From NCBI GenBank assembly GCA_033763315.1, contig JANRKS010000031.1:32001-96000 (forward strand): a stretch of DNA of 64,000 nucleotides, given 5' to 3'. The notes below the pieces were generated by a model. The model was not told the DNA's origin. It did not search any database and worked only from the letters and a program-made list of their open reading frames with translations. Origin of the DNA: Deltaproteobacteria bacterium. GTDB taxonomy: Bacteria; Myxococcota_A; Polyangia; Fen-1088. Numbering within the stretch: position 1 is the stretch's first letter; every line of letters begins with the position of its first letter. Position numbers and translations under genes: made by a program. Shown piece after piece: positions 40,232 through 51,259 of this stretch.

Positions 40232-42943
40232 ATGACTTTGGCGGCGGGCCGCAGGCTAGGCCCTTACGATATTGAAGCCGTCGTTGGCGAAGGCGGTATG
40301 GGTGAGGTTTACCGTGCACGCGATTCGCGCCTTAACCGTGTGGTGGCGATCAAGGTCTTGCCACGACGATTCGCGGAAAATGTTGAACGTCGTGAGCGCT
40401 TTTGGCGCGAAGCCCAAGCGGTCGCATCGCTCAACCACCCGAACATTTGCACGTTGTATGACGTGGGCGATGCCGATGGCGTTGCCTACTTGGTGATGGA
40501 GTTCGTCGATGGCACCACGCTTTCAGATGAACTGAAGAAGCAGCGGCCTTTGTCGCGTAGACGAACCGCCTCAGCCTTCGATGCCATTTCGGGTGATCAT
40601 TCCAAGCATGATGTTCATTCGCTCAAACGGCTGTTGCAAATTGGCAAGGAAGTGGCTTCGGCCTTGGAAGTGGCTCACCGCGCGGGGGTCGTGCACCGCG
40701 ATCTGAAGCCGGGCAACATCATGCTCACAAAGACGGGCACCAAGCTTTTGGATTTCGGCCTGGCGAAAATCATCGCCGACACCAGCCAAGCCACCGCGGA
40801 TCAGATGCCGGCCGTCGGCAACGCCGATTCATTCCCTACAAAAGCCAGCGAAACCGCGCCCAACCGCATTTTGGGAACCCTTCGCTATTGCGCGCCTGAA
40901 CAGTTGGAGGGGCGCCCTGTGGACGCGCGCACGGATATCTTTGCGCTCGGCCTCGTGCTTTACGAATTGGCCGCGGGCAAACCTGCGTTTGATGGCGATA
41001 GCGACGCCGCCTTGATCGCAGCCATTTTGGAACATGAGCCCGTGCCGATCTCCAGCATGCATCCGCTGTTTCCTGAGAATGTGGAACGCGTGATCATGGA
41101 CTGCTTGGCAAAGACGCCCGATGAACGGTGGCAGTCCGCGGGCGACTTGCGGCGACAACTTGAGAACCTCAGCCCCACGCCGCGCATCAAGGCGAAGACG
41201 CCCCGGATGGGATGGCAAACGGTGGCGCTGATCGTGGCCGGCGTGGCCACAACGATCGGTGCTTACGCGCTCGGCATGCGACGGCCCGGCAACCACCCTC
41301 CGCCACCACCCACGGTTGTGTCTCAGCCGCTGCGGTTTGCGCTTGAGCTTCCGGGGCTTGCCGATCCTGAATCGTTCGCGCTTTCGCCCGACGGCAAGCA
41401 GCTCGCGTATCTGCAGCGCCAAGACAACAACGTTCCGCGGGTGATGGTGCGTCCGATGGACGGCATGCAATTCGTGCCCGTTGCCGGCTCTGAAGGTGCG
41501 ACCGGTTTCTTTTGGTCGCCAGACGCGCGAAGGTTTGCGTTGATCTCTCACACCCGGTTGCGCTTGCTTGAGCTTGCCACGGGCCGATCTATCAGCGTCG
41601 GGGAGGCCAACGGCCGTTTTGACGGTGGCTCGTGGAGCCCGCGCGGACAGTTGATCTTCTCTATCGACGGTAAACTCTTCCTTGCTGATGAATCTGGTCT
41701 TTTGAACGCATGGAAGCTGTCTCCAGCTTTCCGCACGGCGCCCCGTTTTATTCCTGGCACAGACTATGTGACCTACGTGCGACCGGACAAACGGGACATT
41801 TTCATCGCCAAATTGGGTTCTCTGGAAGAAAGACGGGTGATGGATGGCGGGGGCGTTCTGGCGGTGGACCCTGAGGGCAGTCTTTTGTTCACGATTGACG
41901 AAACGCTGTTGGCGCAGGCTTTCGACTTCACAAAGATGGCGCCGGTGGGGGCGCCCTACGCAGTAGCGCAACAGCTGCCAGATATGAACCGCCGGATGGG
42001 GATCTCTGTAGCTTCAGGCGGTCTTCTCGCGTATGCGCCCCATTTTGCGCGGTTGTCGCAAGCCACGCTTGTTTCAGCCGCGGGGAAGGTTTTGCGAAGT
42101 TGGGATTTACGCGCGGAAGTGCTTTCGTTCGATGTGGGCCAAAAATCAAAACGGCTTTTGTTTTCGACGCCCGGAGAACATGGCTGGCGCGAACTCAGAC
42201 TGTTTGACGGTGAGAACAGCGAGAAGGTGATGGCGAGCAATCCTTTGGGCCCGATTGACGATCCGATGTGGGCACCCGATGAACAGGCATTCGCCTACGT
42301 GGCGCAGCTGATGCCCGGGCAGGTGATGTCTCGAAACGTCAAAGATGGCAGCGTGCGCACGTTGTTCAGCGAGCCCAGCATGGTGGCCTTCCTCGAAGAC
42401 TGGTCACACGACGGCACATTGGTGATCATCCTTCGACCATTGGTGGCAGATAAACAGATGCAGATCATACTGCTGAACCACGCCTCGGGTGCGGTCCTGG
42501 GGCGATACTTTGATTCATTCCGAGACATTGATGAGGCGGCCTTGTCACCTGACGGCCGGTGGCTTGTGTATGGCCGCTCCAACAACGGCATGTGGAACAT
42601 CGTGGCCCGCCCTACCGGCAAGGCAGGCGAATCGCAAGCGTCTATCGTGGAACTTGTGCGAACGGAGTCTTTTCAGCCCAAGTGGACAGCCGATGGAAAA
42701 GGCATCTATTACCTCACCGCTGACAGCACTTTGATGATGATGGCGCTGCCAGGGGGCGAGCCCGTGGCGGGCCTTTCGGGCGTGCCATTGTTTGCCACTG
42801 GCATTGAATTCCCCAGCCCGTACACAGAGCAATACCGTCCCCTGCCTGACGGAACGTTCATGCTTTTGCGCCCGTCAACGACAAAAGGCTTCCGCGGAGT
42901 GCACATACTGTCCCCCTGGAAAACGAACCAACCGGCGCGCTAG
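40232..42943 (+). CDS. Ser/Thr kinase with TM and C-terminal TolB/PD40-like beta-propeller
   Basis: AAGGAG RBS; LGPYDI..GEGGMGEVYRARD; HRDLKPGN; DFG; repeated (L/W)SPDG blades. Confidence 0.92.
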   Translation: MTLAAGRRLGPYDIEAVVGEGGMGEVYRARDSRLNRVVAIKVLPRRFAENVERRERFWREAQAVASLNHPNICTLYDVGDADGVAYLVMEFVDGTTLSDELKKQRPLSRRRTASAFDAISGDHSKHDVHSLKRLLQIGKEVASALEVAHRAGVVHRDLKPGNIMLTKTGTKLLDFGLAKIIADTSQATADQMPAVGNADSFPTKASETAPNRILGTLRYCAPEQLEGRPVDARTDIFALGLVLYELAAGKPAFDGDSDAALIAAILEHEPVPISSMHPLFPENVERVIMDCLAKTPDERWQSAGDLRRQLENLSPTPRIKAKTPRMGWQTVALIVAGVATTIGAYALGMRRPGNHPPPPPTVVSQPLRFALELPGLADPESFALSPDGKQLAYLQRQDNNVPRVMVRPMDGMQFVPVAGSEGATGFFWSPDARRFALISHTRLRLLELATGRSISVGEANGRFDGGSWSPRGQLIFSIDGKLFLADESGLLNAWKLSPAFRTAPRFIPGTDYVTYVRPDKRDIFIAKLGSLEERRVMDGGGVLAVDPEGSLLFTIDETLLAQAFDFTKMAPVGAPYAVAQQLPDMNRRMGISVASGGLLAYAPHFARLSQATLVSAAGKVLRSWDLRAEVLSFDVGQKSKRLLFSTPGEHGWRELRLFDGENSEKVMASNPLGPIDDPMWAPDEQAFAYVAQLMPGQVMSRNVKDGSVRTLFSEPSMVAFLEDWSHDGTLVIILRPLVADKQMQIILLNHASGAVLGRYFDSFRDIDEAALSPDGRWLVYGRSNNGMWNIVARPTGKAGESQASIVELVRTESFQPKWTADGKGIYYLTADSTLMMMALPGGEPVAGLSGVPLFATGIEFPSPYTEQYRPLPDGTFMLLRPSTTKGFRGVHILSPWKTNQPAR

Positions 42944-43773
42944 GGCCCCGCAATCAACTCGAGATCGGGCCGCTTTTGCCGAAACCGCTCCACGGCTTGG
43001 ATAGAGAGTTTGGTGCCTGCCAGGTTGAGCCACCTGAGGCCCTTCGCCGCGCTCAATACGTCCAATACGGCATCTGTGAGTGCGGGGCACCCAGAAAGAT
43101 CCAGTTGCTCAAGCGCTGGCAACGTCAGCAAGCGCGCCACCTGCGCGTCAGTGATGGGAAGGGCGAACAGACGTATCTTTCGAAGTTTTGGCAAGCTGGT
43201 GATCGCCGCGATGGCGTCGTCATCCACCTGTACCGACCACAAACCCGAATCCGTACGTTGCTGGCCGCCGAGATCCAGCGTCACCAGCGCTGCAAACGTG
43301 CGCAGCGATTGCAGGCCTGTGCTGGTGATGCGGTTGCCGCCAATCACCAGCGTTTGCAAGTTCTTAAGCCGCATCAAGAACGAAAGCCCCGCGTCGGTCA
43401 CGCGCGCAAAGCCCACGTCCACGGCAGCGAGCTCAGCCATGTTCGCAAGATATGTGGTGGCCGTGTCGGTGATCTTGGTTCCGTGCAGATTGATCGAGGT
43501 TAGGGCGCGCCAATCCTTGAGGTAAGCGAGGCCTTCGTCGCCGATCTGCTCTGCCCACCGTAGATCAAGGGAAGTCACGCGTGTGGCGGGGCGCAAGTAC
43601 AGCAGGCCGCGATCGCTAATGTGTGCGTGTGATAAGTCCACCGCGCGCAGCTTCGGGTTGGCAGCCATGTCCGCGAGATCCTCATCCGCGATCCAATCAT
43701 TGGCGCCTAAAGCCGGGCCTGCTGCGCACAACGAAAGGCCGCAGACCAAAATGCATTTTACGAGTGACTGCAT
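42940..43773 (-). CDS. Exported leucine-rich-repeat protein
   Basis: Signal peptide; roughly 24-25 aa LxxLxLxxxxITDxGLxxL repeats. Confidence 0.88.
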   Translation of the reverse strand: MQSLVKCILVCGLSLCAAGPALGANDWIADEDLADMAANPKLRAVDLSHAHISDRGLLYLRPATRVTSLDLRWAEQIGDEGLAYLKDWRALTSINLHGTKITDTATTYLANMAELAAVDVGFARVTDAGLSFLMRLKNLQTLVIGGNRITSTGLQSLRTFAALVTLDLGGQQRTDSGLWSVQVDDDAIAAITSLPKLRKIRLFALPITDAQVARLLTLPALEQLDLSGCPALTDAVLDVLSAAKGLRWLNLAGTKLSIQAVERFRQKRPDLELIAGP

Positions 43774-43778
43774 GTGAT

Positions 43779-45719
43779 TCACAGAACGGTCAAGCGTGCG
43801 TCCCATAGGATTTCGCATTGCGGGAGCGTTTGGCGCAATCGCTCATACCCTTTTTCCGTGACCTTGGTCTGCAAAAGGTTGAGCTTTGCGATGGGGGAGG
43901 TCAACGCCGCCACTGCCGTGTCCGAGACGCGCGTCGACTCAAGATCCAGGTCACGCAAATTCTTCAGAGACGTCAACGTACGCAGCATTTCGTCGTCAAC
44001 GGACGTGTAAGACAGTGAGAGCGTGCGAAGATCTGTCAACGCTGCGATGGCCGACATGGCGGCCTTGCCCACCCCCGTGCGCACAAGGCGCAGCTCCTGC
44101 AGGTGTGTCAGCGGCCCCAGACGCGCCAACGCTTCATCAGGCAAGGGGATGAAAGATAGGTCCAAGGAAACAAGGTCCGTGAGCGTTGCCAGTGCCACCA
44201 ACACTTGCGGTGTGATCGCGGTGGCGCGCAGGTTCAACGCGCGCAACCCACGCAGCGAGGTTAGCTTCGCCACCGCCGCATCGCCAAGCGTCGTATACGA
44301 CACATCAAGCCGCGACAACAACGGCAGCGCTGCCAGCTGCTTTGCGCCTTCATCATCCAGGGCGGTGTCAGCCAAGTTTATGTCCTGCAGCCGGGTGAAC
44401 GCCGCCAGATTGCGGCCCGTGAGCGTGGTGTGTGCGGCATGCAAGCGGCGCAGCGGCAGCTTTTTTAACGCCACCAGGGCGCCATCGCTCACTCGTAAGC
44501 CGTTGATCGTCAGATCTTGCAAGCGGGGCAGGGCCGCGAGCTTTGCTAGCCCCAGATCACTGACTTCGGTGGCGGTGAGGTTCAGCGTCTCAATCTCGGC
44601 AAACGTGGCCAGGCCGCTGATGTCTTCGTCGAAGACGGCCGTGCCTTTCAAATCAAGCGTTATGACCCCGCCATTCTTCGTCGCATGGCCTCCCAAAGTT
44701 GTTGCCCAACGTTCCAGAGCCTCGAACGTCTTTCCGGCGAGACGTGCGCGCACACCCGCGTGCATGTTGGCACCCCCGCCCGTATCCACATGGGCAATCA
44801 AAAGTTTGGGGCGCCCCCCCTGCAAGGCCTGCACACCTGAATGGGTGGCACGCGTGTAGCGTACGTCCAGGAACCGCAAGGCCGGCAGACGTCCGAGCTG
44901 CGCCAAACCGGCGTTCGTGATCGGGTTGCGGTATAGGTTCAACACCCGCAGGCGCCGCAGCTTCATTAAAGAGCGAAGCCCCTCGTCGCCGATGTTCGCG
45001 CCCAGCAAGTTCAACCTTTCCAAGCGAGTCATGCCAGCCAAATGGCGAGCGCCTGCGTCCGTGATCTTGCAACCGAATAGATCCAATTCCACCACGCGGC
45101 GCAATTTCGCCAGATGCGCGAGCCCGGCATCCGTGATCAAGGTGTTGCGCAAGATGATTCGTTCGAGGTTGGGCATGTTGGCCAACGCGGCGGCGCCTTC
45201 ATCCGTCAGACGCGAATCGGAAAAATCCACACGTTGCAGGCCCGTGAGCTTCGCCAGCCCTTTTCCCGTGAGCAAGCCTTGCACCACGCGCAGCTCTTTG
45301 AGGTTGCGCAGCGACCCCAATGCTTCCATGTCGTCGTCGCGAACCTGAAGTTCGGTTAGAAAATGCACGCTGAGATCAAGCACCTCAAGTGCATGCAGCG
45401 CCGCCAAGCTGCCAAACGTGGCATTCGCTTCGCGATCAACGCCCGCGCTTGCGTTCCACATATACGCCGGAAGCCGCAACGTCTTGAGTGACTGCAACTT
45501 CGCTAGGCGCGCCAGATCGGCTGGCTTGATGCCAGTGCCAAAGAAATCAAGGCCCACCACGTGCGCGGGGCCCGCGGGCAGACCATCGAAGGCGCCAAGT
45601 GGTTTGGGTTGCTCGCGCAGAGACACCTGCGCGCCGAGCGATAGCGCCCACGCCGCCACATCCCGGTCATCCGCCGCGGGCGCCGCTATAACGGCCCAAA
45701 GAGCGAGCGTGGCGATCAC
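43779..45719 (-). CDS. Large exported leucine-rich-repeat protein (two LRR arcs)
   Basis: GTG overlaps the DUF1552 stop (GTGA); signal peptide; many 24-aa LRRs in two blocks, each starting with a W...LG(A/G) cap. Confidence 0.88.
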   Translation of the reverse strand: MIATLALWAVIAAPAADDRDVAAWALSLGAQVSLREQPKPLGAFDGLPAGPAHVVGLDFFGTGIKPADLARLAKLQSLKTLRLPAYMWNASAGVDREANATFGSLAALHALEVLDLSVHFLTELQVRDDDMEALGSLRNLKELRVVQGLLTGKGLAKLTGLQRVDFSDSRLTDEGAAALANMPNLERIILRNTLITDAGLAHLAKLRRVVELDLFGCKITDAGARHLAGMTRLERLNLLGANIGDEGLRSLMKLRRLRVLNLYRNPITNAGLAQLGRLPALRFLDVRYTRATHSGVQALQGGRPKLLIAHVDTGGGANMHAGVRARLAGKTFEALERWATTLGGHATKNGGVITLDLKGTAVFDEDISGLATFAEIETLNLTATEVSDLGLAKLAALPRLQDLTINGLRVSDGALVALKKLPLRRLHAAHTTLTGRNLAAFTRLQDINLADTALDDEGAKQLAALPLLSRLDVSYTTLGDAAVAKLTSLRGLRALNLRATAITPQVLVALATLTDLVSLDLSFIPLPDEALARLGPLTHLQELRLVRTGVGKAAMSAIAALTDLRTLSLSYTSVDDEMLRTLTSLKNLRDLDLESTRVSDTAVAALTSPIAKLNLLQTKVTEKGYERLRQTLPQCEILWDARLTVL

Positions 45720-47011
45720 GCGCGCAAGATCTCCGGCAAGCGCCGTGACGCCGTGGGAAAGCCCTTGATGCCTGCGCCCACAACGTCGTTCGCCAGGGTC
45801 CAATACAGATCGCCGAACGTCGCTGCCACCTTCCTATGGCTGCCTGCCCTAAGTCGATGAGCGCATCCGGCCACAACCGCACCCATGCCTACGTTCTTGT
45901 GATCATTGCCTTCGGCGTGTTCATGCACAAACACCGCGCATGTGTTGTCAAGCAGGTTGCCTGCGCCTTCGGGCACCGCGCGAAGCTTGCCAACCAAGTA
46001 GGCGAACTCTTCAACGTGCCAGCGGCAAATGTCGCGCAATGCCAGTTGCGCGGGTTGTTCGGTGCCGGGAATCACTTTGTAGTGCGTGTAATCGTGGTGC
46101 CGCAACACCGTATGCCCCAACCAGGGAAAGCGGGTGAGCGATTGACATTTGGTCAACATGAACGAGGCCACGCGCGTTTGCCCCGACGCCAACGCGTGCA
46201 CAAGCAGATCGGCTTGCAACTTCGCCAGCCGGGGGTAATCGCGCATGTCGCCTTCGACGTCGGGCCGCTCGGCGGCTTTGTACGCGGGGGGCAAACTGGC
46301 GATCGCGCGTTCCAGATCACGCAATGATGCGAGATGTTCGTCCAGGCGCATGCGATCCGCCGCACCGAGGTTTTGGCTCATGCGCTTTGCGTCTTCGGTC
46401 AGGGCATCAAGGATGCTCTTTTGCCGCTGCATCCACCCCAATTCCTTTTGCCCAAACAAACGATCAAACAAGCGGTTGGGCAGCATCTCTGGGGCCAGCG
46501 GGCGGTTGGCTGCGGCCCAACTCATGTTCCTTTGCATGCTTTCGCCAAACGATTCACTGGCCACGCCCACCTGAATCGAGCGAAAGCGGGTGTCGCCGCC
46601 CAAGCGCGACGCGATGACTTGATCGATGGATGGCCCGCCTGCCCCGCGACCGGTGTATCCGGTGCCCGACATCAATCCGCTCATCGAATTGGTGTGACCG
46701 TTGCCTTGGCCGCGCATGCCGGCGGCTGTGTTGGCCAGCCCTGAAAGCACCGTCACATACTTCCAGTGGGCGGTCAGAGGGGCAAGACACGGGCTGAGCG
46801 CGATGTCTTCGCCTGTTTGCGCGGGCACCCAGTATTTTTCGGGAATGCCGTTGCCGTTGAACCACAGCACAAAGCGCGTGGGCACGGGCGCGTTGTCTTC
46901 GGCGCCGTACGCGGTTCCTCGGCCGTTGAACATCGCTTGCAAGGGCGGCAATGCCAAGGTCGCGCCCACGCCTCGTAACAGGCTTCGCCGGGATAATGTT
47001 TTGGCGGTCAT
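45716..47011 (-). CDS. DUF1552 Tat-exported protein, copy 3
   Basis: [15 protein letters not shown]; FNGNG; PSIDQVIA; NMSW; LASGQTRV; HHDYTH; NLLDNT; GGAG RBS. Confidence 0.9.
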   Translation of the reverse strand: MTAKTLSRRSLLRGVGATLALPPLQAMFNGRGTAYGAEDNAPVPTRFVLWFNGNGIPEKYWVPAQTGEDIALSPCLAPLTAHWKYVTVLSGLANTAAGMRGQGNGHTNSMSGLMSGTGYTGRGAGGPSIDQVIASRLGGDTRFRSIQVGVASESFGESMQRNMSWAAANRPLAPEMLPNRLFDRLFGQKELGWMQRQKSILDALTEDAKRMSQNLGAADRMRLDEHLASLRDLERAIASLPPAYKAAERPDVEGDMRDYPRLAKLQADLLVHALASGQTRVASFMLTKCQSLTRFPWLGHTVLRHHDYTHYKVIPGTEQPAQLALRDICRWHVEEFAYLVGKLRAVPEGAGNLLDNTCAVFVHEHAEGNDHKNVGMGAVVAGCAHRLRAGSHRKVAATFGDLYWTLANDVVGAGIKGFPTASRRLPEILRA

Positions 47012-48993
47012 GGTTTGTGCTCCTCGGGCTCTGGCAATCCGAACTCTGTGAAGCGTGCCATTGCCACAAGCAACGCCTTGAAGCGAAAGCCGGAACCGCG
47101 GAAGCTCTCAAACACGGGCCGCAGCGCTTCGTGATCTGCAGACGATTCTTTGCGGCCCATCGCATACCGGAACACTTGCCGCACGATGCACATCTGGCAC
47201 TGGCCGTTGCCTGCCAGAATGCGGCCCAGTTGCACAGGCGTTGAGAATTCGGAGTTTTGAATGCCCAACACGAAGCCCTTGGTGTCCAACGGCAGTTCAA
47301 AGACCTTGGGCGGCAAAGGCTTGGTGCGCACGCCTTGCTCGGTGAAGGCGGCGGGCGCTGCGATGGTGACGTGCATCGTTTCTTGGTGGCCACCGATGGC
47401 GTTGAACTTCTCGAAGCCGAAACCGATGCTATCGATCAAGCGATGGCAACTGGCGCACGAAGGTGCGGTCAGATGCACAGCCAACCGCTCTTTGTTGGTC
47501 AGGGGTTTTTCGCCCACCGTTTTCGGTAAGTCCATGTTCACGCTGGGGGGCGGTGGCGGTGTGCTTTGACACAGGAAGTGTTCGCGCACGTATAACCCTC
47601 GCGCCGTGGGCGACGTTTCACTGGGCTTGCTTGTGGCGGTAAGAAATGAACCGTGTCCAAGCACGCCGGCGCGATCGCTCGCGGCAGTGTAGGCCACGCG
47701 ATCGAATGGCGCGGGTGGAGGCGGCAATTCGTAGATCTTTGCGAGCTCAGGGTTCACGAAGGTGTAGGGCGCCGTGAACAGCTCCATAAAGTTCTGCTCG
47801 TCCCACACCAAATGCCGCACCAAGCGCCGCGTTTCTTCAGCCATCGCAGAAGCCATTTCGGCATTGAACTGCGGGAACGTCTTGCGATCCTTAAAGCTGT
47901 TCAACAACGCATCAAAGCGCAGCCACTGCGCGACGAACTCATCCAACGCGCGTTGTGCTTTCGGATCGGCCAGCAGGCCCTTCGCCACGTCTTCCACATC
48001 CGCGGGTGTGGCAAGGCCGCCGCTGGCGGCGCGCTTCAACAAGGCATCGCTGGGCGTGGTGTTCGTCAAGAAGTAAGCCAGGCGCGCCGCGCGTACGTAA
48101 GGCAGCACCTTGGGATCGCGGCTTTGGCCGATGTAAAGGAAGCTCGGGGATTGCAGCGCGAACTCAAGCACCGTTCGAAGGCCTTCCTTAGGGTCTTTGT
48201 TCGCAACGAACATGGTGCGCAAGCGCTGCACTTCAGCTTCGATCAGCGGCCGACGGAAAAGGCGCAGGCCCATGCTGCGAATGAAATTGTCGCGGCACGT
48301 GCCGTCCAGCTTTGCCAGCGGGCAGGGCAGAAGGCCGCGCGGATCGCCGCTTTCGATGCCCCCCACAACATTGTCGGCCACGAACTCTGCCGCCAAGCTA
48401 TAGCCTTCAATCAAAGCCGGCGCGGCCGCTTGGCCCAAATGTTGGTTCTTGAACCCATCAACGAAATCCTCGGGTGGCAACATGTTGGCCACCGGCAACG
48501 CGTCGCCGAACAGATCGCCAACTGTGTTTTCGTATTGCTTGGCGGTGAGCCGTCGCAACACACGGCCCCCTTTTTCCGCGGCGGGCCGTTGCATGAACTG
48601 CAGCAAGTCTGCAGCGCTGTTCGGCGCTTTTACCAGCGACAGGATCCAAGTCGTCAGTGCGGCTTCATCCGTGGTGCCGGGCGCAATGCGTTCACCGCCC
48701 GCGTGCGACATGCGCGCCGTGGGTTTGCGGTAAAGCCGCGATTGCAAGGGACTGTCCTGATCGATGAGATCGAGCACCCCTGCGGCGAATTGCTGCACAT
48801 CCTCGGCCGTGGCGTCGTAAGCAGGGAACACCAGGCGTGTGTCTGAGGCCACACCTTCGGCGCTGTGGCAGTCCACGCAAGTGGCCGCGTCGAGCACCGA
48901 ACCAAACGTTTGCGGCGACGATTTGGCTGCCGCTGCGGCTGGAACGGCAACCGCCGAAACCGTAGCCAAGACTATGGGCAAAGCACCGCGCAT
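47008..48993 (-). CDS. DUF1592/DUF1588-type diheme c cytochrome, copy 3 (extra N-terminal heme domain)
   Basis: Signal peptide; CVDCH...HAGG; LRRLT..QYENTV; FVAQWL; TSPTARG; CASCH; GFEKFNAIG. Confidence 0.92.
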   Translation of the reverse strand: MRGALPIVLATVSAVAVPAAAAAKSSPQTFGSVLDAATCVDCHSAEGVASDTRLVFPAYDATAEDVQQFAAGVLDLIDQDSPLQSRLYRKPTARMSHAGGERIAPGTTDEAALTTWILSLVKAPNSAADLLQFMQRPAAEKGGRVLRRLTAKQYENTVGDLFGDALPVANMLPPEDFVDGFKNQHLGQAAAPALIEGYSLAAEFVADNVVGGIESGDPRGLLPCPLAKLDGTCRDNFIRSMGLRLFRRPLIEAEVQRLRTMFVANKDPKEGLRTVLEFALQSPSFLYIGQSRDPKVLPYVRAARLAYFLTNTTPSDALLKRAASGGLATPADVEDVAKGLLADPKAQRALDEFVAQWLRFDALLNSFKDRKTFPQFNAEMASAMAEETRRLVRHLVWDEQNFMELFTAPYTFVNPELAKIYELPPPPAPFDRVAYTAASDRAGVLGHGSFLTATSKPSETSPTARGLYVREHFLCQSTPPPPPSVNMDLPKTVGEKPLTNKERLAVHLTAPSCASCHRLIDSIGFGFEKFNAIGGHQETMHVTIAAPAAFTEQGVRTKPLPPKVFELPLDTKGFVLGIQNSEFSTPVQLGRILAGNGQCQMCIVRQVFRYAMGRKESSADHEALRPVFESFRGSGFRFKALLVAMARFTEFGLPEPEEHKP

Positions 48994-49004
48994 CGAGGCC
49001 TTTA

Positions 49005-49033
49005 ACCCTGTGGCCCCCCTCGCATCAAGTCAA
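49005..49033 (-). promoter_or_regulatory. Candidate sigma-70 promoter for the DUF1592-DUF1552-LRR operon
   Basis: Minus strand TTGACT-N17-CAGGGT, 11 nt before ATG 48993. Confidence 0.3.
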
Positions 49034-49145
49034 TCGCTCCTTCATTAACCCGACGCTTGACCATGATCCACCGCACGCAGCGTGTAGGTGCCTGGCGGTG
49101 GTTCGTCATTTGACAACGCCTTTACCGGTTTGGGCGGCCGAATAT

Positions 49146-49174
49146 TTGACGAGGCCGGCGCGGCCCGGCAGCGT
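49146..49174 (+). promoter_or_regulatory. Candidate sigma-70 promoter for DoxX
   Basis: TTGACG-N17-CAGCGT, 7 nt before ATG 49182. Confidence 0.3.
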
Positions 49175-49181
49175 TAGGGCT

Positions 49182-49646
49182 ATGGCATCTTCACCTTCCT
49201 CCGCGCGCACCGATTTGGCTTTGTTGCTGGTGCGCTTTGCTTTTGGCGTTCAAATGGCCTTCCTTCACGGCTGGGGCAAGCTGCAGTCCTATTTGGGCGG
49301 CGCTTCCAGTTTTGCGGATCCGCTTAACATCGGCTGGAAATACAGCATGTGGGGGACGATTGCTGGCGAGTTCGTGTGTGGCTTGTTGCTGGCCGCGGGC
49401 TTGTTTACGCGCGTCGCCGGGTTTGGCATGGCATTCACCATGGGCGTTGCCGCCTTCATGATTCACGGCCAGTCGGGCTGGGCGAAGCGCGAGCTGGCCG
49501 TGTGCTACCTCGCGGTGGCGCTGTTGGTGACGCTCACGGGTGCCGGCCGCTTCTCGCTCGACGCCATGGTGTTGCCGCGCTTGCGCGCCAAATTCGGCCG
49601 TGGTGGTTCACCCGCCGCCGCACGCCCTCGTCCCGCGCGCGCCTAG
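49182..49646 (+). CDS. DoxX-family membrane protein
   Basis: LLLVRF...HGWGKL; GLFTR; ELA; GAGRFSLD. Confidence 0.9.
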   Translation: MASSPSSARTDLALLLVRFAFGVQMAFLHGWGKLQSYLGGASSFADPLNIGWKYSMWGTIAGEFVCGLLLAAGLFTRVAGFGMAFTMGVAAFMIHGQSGWAKRELAVCYLAVALLVTLTGAGRFSLDAMVLPRLRAKFGRGGSPAAARPRPARA

Positions 49647-51046
49647 AACAATCGATTTAGTCCGTTGAGGGCGGCCACACGATAGGCCTCGGCCATCGTG
49701 GGATAATTGAAAGTGGTGTCGATGAAATACTCAAGCGTATTGGCGGCGCCCTTTTGACTCATGATGGCTTGACCGATGTGCACGATCTCAGCGGACTCTT
49801 GGCCGAAGCAGTGAATGCCCAAGATCTCTTTGGTGTCACGGTGGAACAAGATCTTCAGCATGCCCACGGTCACGCCTGAGATCTGCGCGCGCGCCAGATC
49901 GCGGAACTTGGCTTGCCCCATCTCATAAGGAATTTTCTTTTCGGTCAGTTCGCGTTCCGTTTGTCCCACGCAGCTGATCTCAGGAATGGTGTAGATGCCG
50001 GCGGGGATGTGTTCAACCAAGCGCTGATCACAATGGCCTCTCACCAAATGTGTGGCGGCGAACCGCCCCTGATCGTAAGCGGCGCTGGCGAGCGACGGAA
50101 ACCCCACGGCGTCCCCCACGGCGTAAATGTGTGGTTGCCCTACCAAACGGTAATTGGTGTCGACCTCCAAATGGCCCCGGGCGTTGGGTTGCACGCCCAA
50201 CGTTTCAAGACCCAAGTTGCTGGTGTTGCCTTCGCGCCCTTGCGCCCACAAAAGTAGGTCGGCCTTGATCTTCTTGCCTGATTTCAATTCCAGCACAGCA
50301 CCATCTTCGGTGCCTTCCACCTTGGCGTATTCCTCGTTGTGCCGAATCACAACGCCGGTGTCGCGCAAGTGATAACTGAGCGCGTCCGAGATCTCGTCGT
50401 CCAAAAACGACAGCAAGCGGTCGCGCGTGTTGATCAAATTCACTTTGACGCCGAGCTGCTTGAAGATCGATGCGTACTCGCAGCCGATCACGCCTGCCCC
50501 ATAAATCGCAATGCTGCGCGGGGGCCGCTCGATGCCCAAGATGGTGTCGGAATCGCGAATGGCGGGATGGGTGAAATCGATGTCCTTCGGCCGCGAGGGG
50601 CGCGAACCGGGCGCCAACACGATGTGCTGGCCGCGTATATGAAGCTCACCACCATTGGCCTGCCGCACGCACACCATGTGAGGCTCTTCCAAACGCGCCT
50701 GCCCCATGATGAGTTCAACGCCGTTGCGTTCGTAAAAGCCGTGCCGCAACTTGACTTGCTTGCCGGTGACGTTGCGGGCGTGGCTCAACAACTGCGGGAA
50801 GGTCAAGTGTTCTCCCGTGCCCGCACCCGTGCCCATCAAGCCGCTGCTGCGGTACTCGATGTATTGACGAACCACGTGTCGCAGCGCTTTTGACGGGATC
50901 GTGCCCCAGTGGGTGCACCCGCCACCCACGGCGGAGAAACGTTCAACCACGGCAACGCTTTTGCCCGCTTTGCAAGCCTGCATGGCGGCCCCTTCGCCGC
51001 CGGGGCCCGAGCCTATGACCACGACATCAACGGACAGTTCGGACAT
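49643..51046 (-). CDS. sthA: Soluble pyridine nucleotide transhydrogenase
   Basis: GSGPGG; [13 protein letters not shown] (no second redox Cys); [10 protein letters not shown]; [23 protein letters not shown]. Confidence 0.96.
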   Translation of the reverse strand: MSELSVDVVVIGSGPGGEGAAMQACKAGKSVAVVERFSAVGGGCTHWGTIPSKALRHVVRQYIEYRSSGLMGTGAGTGEHLTFPQLLSHARNVTGKQVKLRHGFYERNGVELIMGQARLEEPHMVCVRQANGGELHIRGQHIVLAPGSRPSRPKDIDFTHPAIRDSDTILGIERPPRSIAIYGAGVIGCEYASIFKQLGVKVNLINTRDRLLSFLDDEISDALSYHLRDTGVVIRHNEEYAKVEGTEDGAVLELKSGKKIKADLLLWAQGREGNTSNLGLETLGVQPNARGHLEVDTNYRLVGQPHIYAVGDAVGFPSLASAAYDQGRFAATHLVRGHCDQRLVEHIPAGIYTIPEISCVGQTERELTEKKIPYEMGQAKFRDLARAQISGVTVGMLKILFHRDTKEILGIHCFGQESAEIVHIGQAIMSQKGAANTLEYFIDTTFNYPTMAEAYRVAALNGLNRLF

Positions 51047-51214
51047 GGCACCAATGTAACTCTGCTTGGTGCAAACGTCTGCGCTTGCCGCGCCAATTGT
51101 TTCACGTTTTGGCACCCCTAGGGCGGCGGCAACGGGTGTGAAACCAACCCGATACCTAAGCGACATATGCAGCTCAAGTTTGGCGCCGCCACGCCGACGT
51201 CGCCGGGCTGGGCC

Positions 51215-51242
51215 CAACGTCGCCTCCGCTGAAGCGACGTTG
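51215..51242 (-). terminator. Hairpin immediately downstream of glyA
   Basis: Minus strand CAACGTCGCTTC-AGCG-GAGGCGACGTTG forms a 12-bp stem with one G-U; no U-tract follows. Confidence 0.35.
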
Positions 51243-51259
51243 ATGTCCAAGTCGCGGTA

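Noticed and set aside
40829-41971. 380-aa minus-strand ORF
   Set aside because: Shadow of the kinase-propeller gene.
47653-48846. 397-aa plus-strand ORF
   Set aside because: Shadow of the DUF1592 cytochrome.
51047-51250. 68-aa N-terminal extension of sthA
   Set aside because: The family starts just before the GSGPGG motif; the extension spans the hairpin after glyA.
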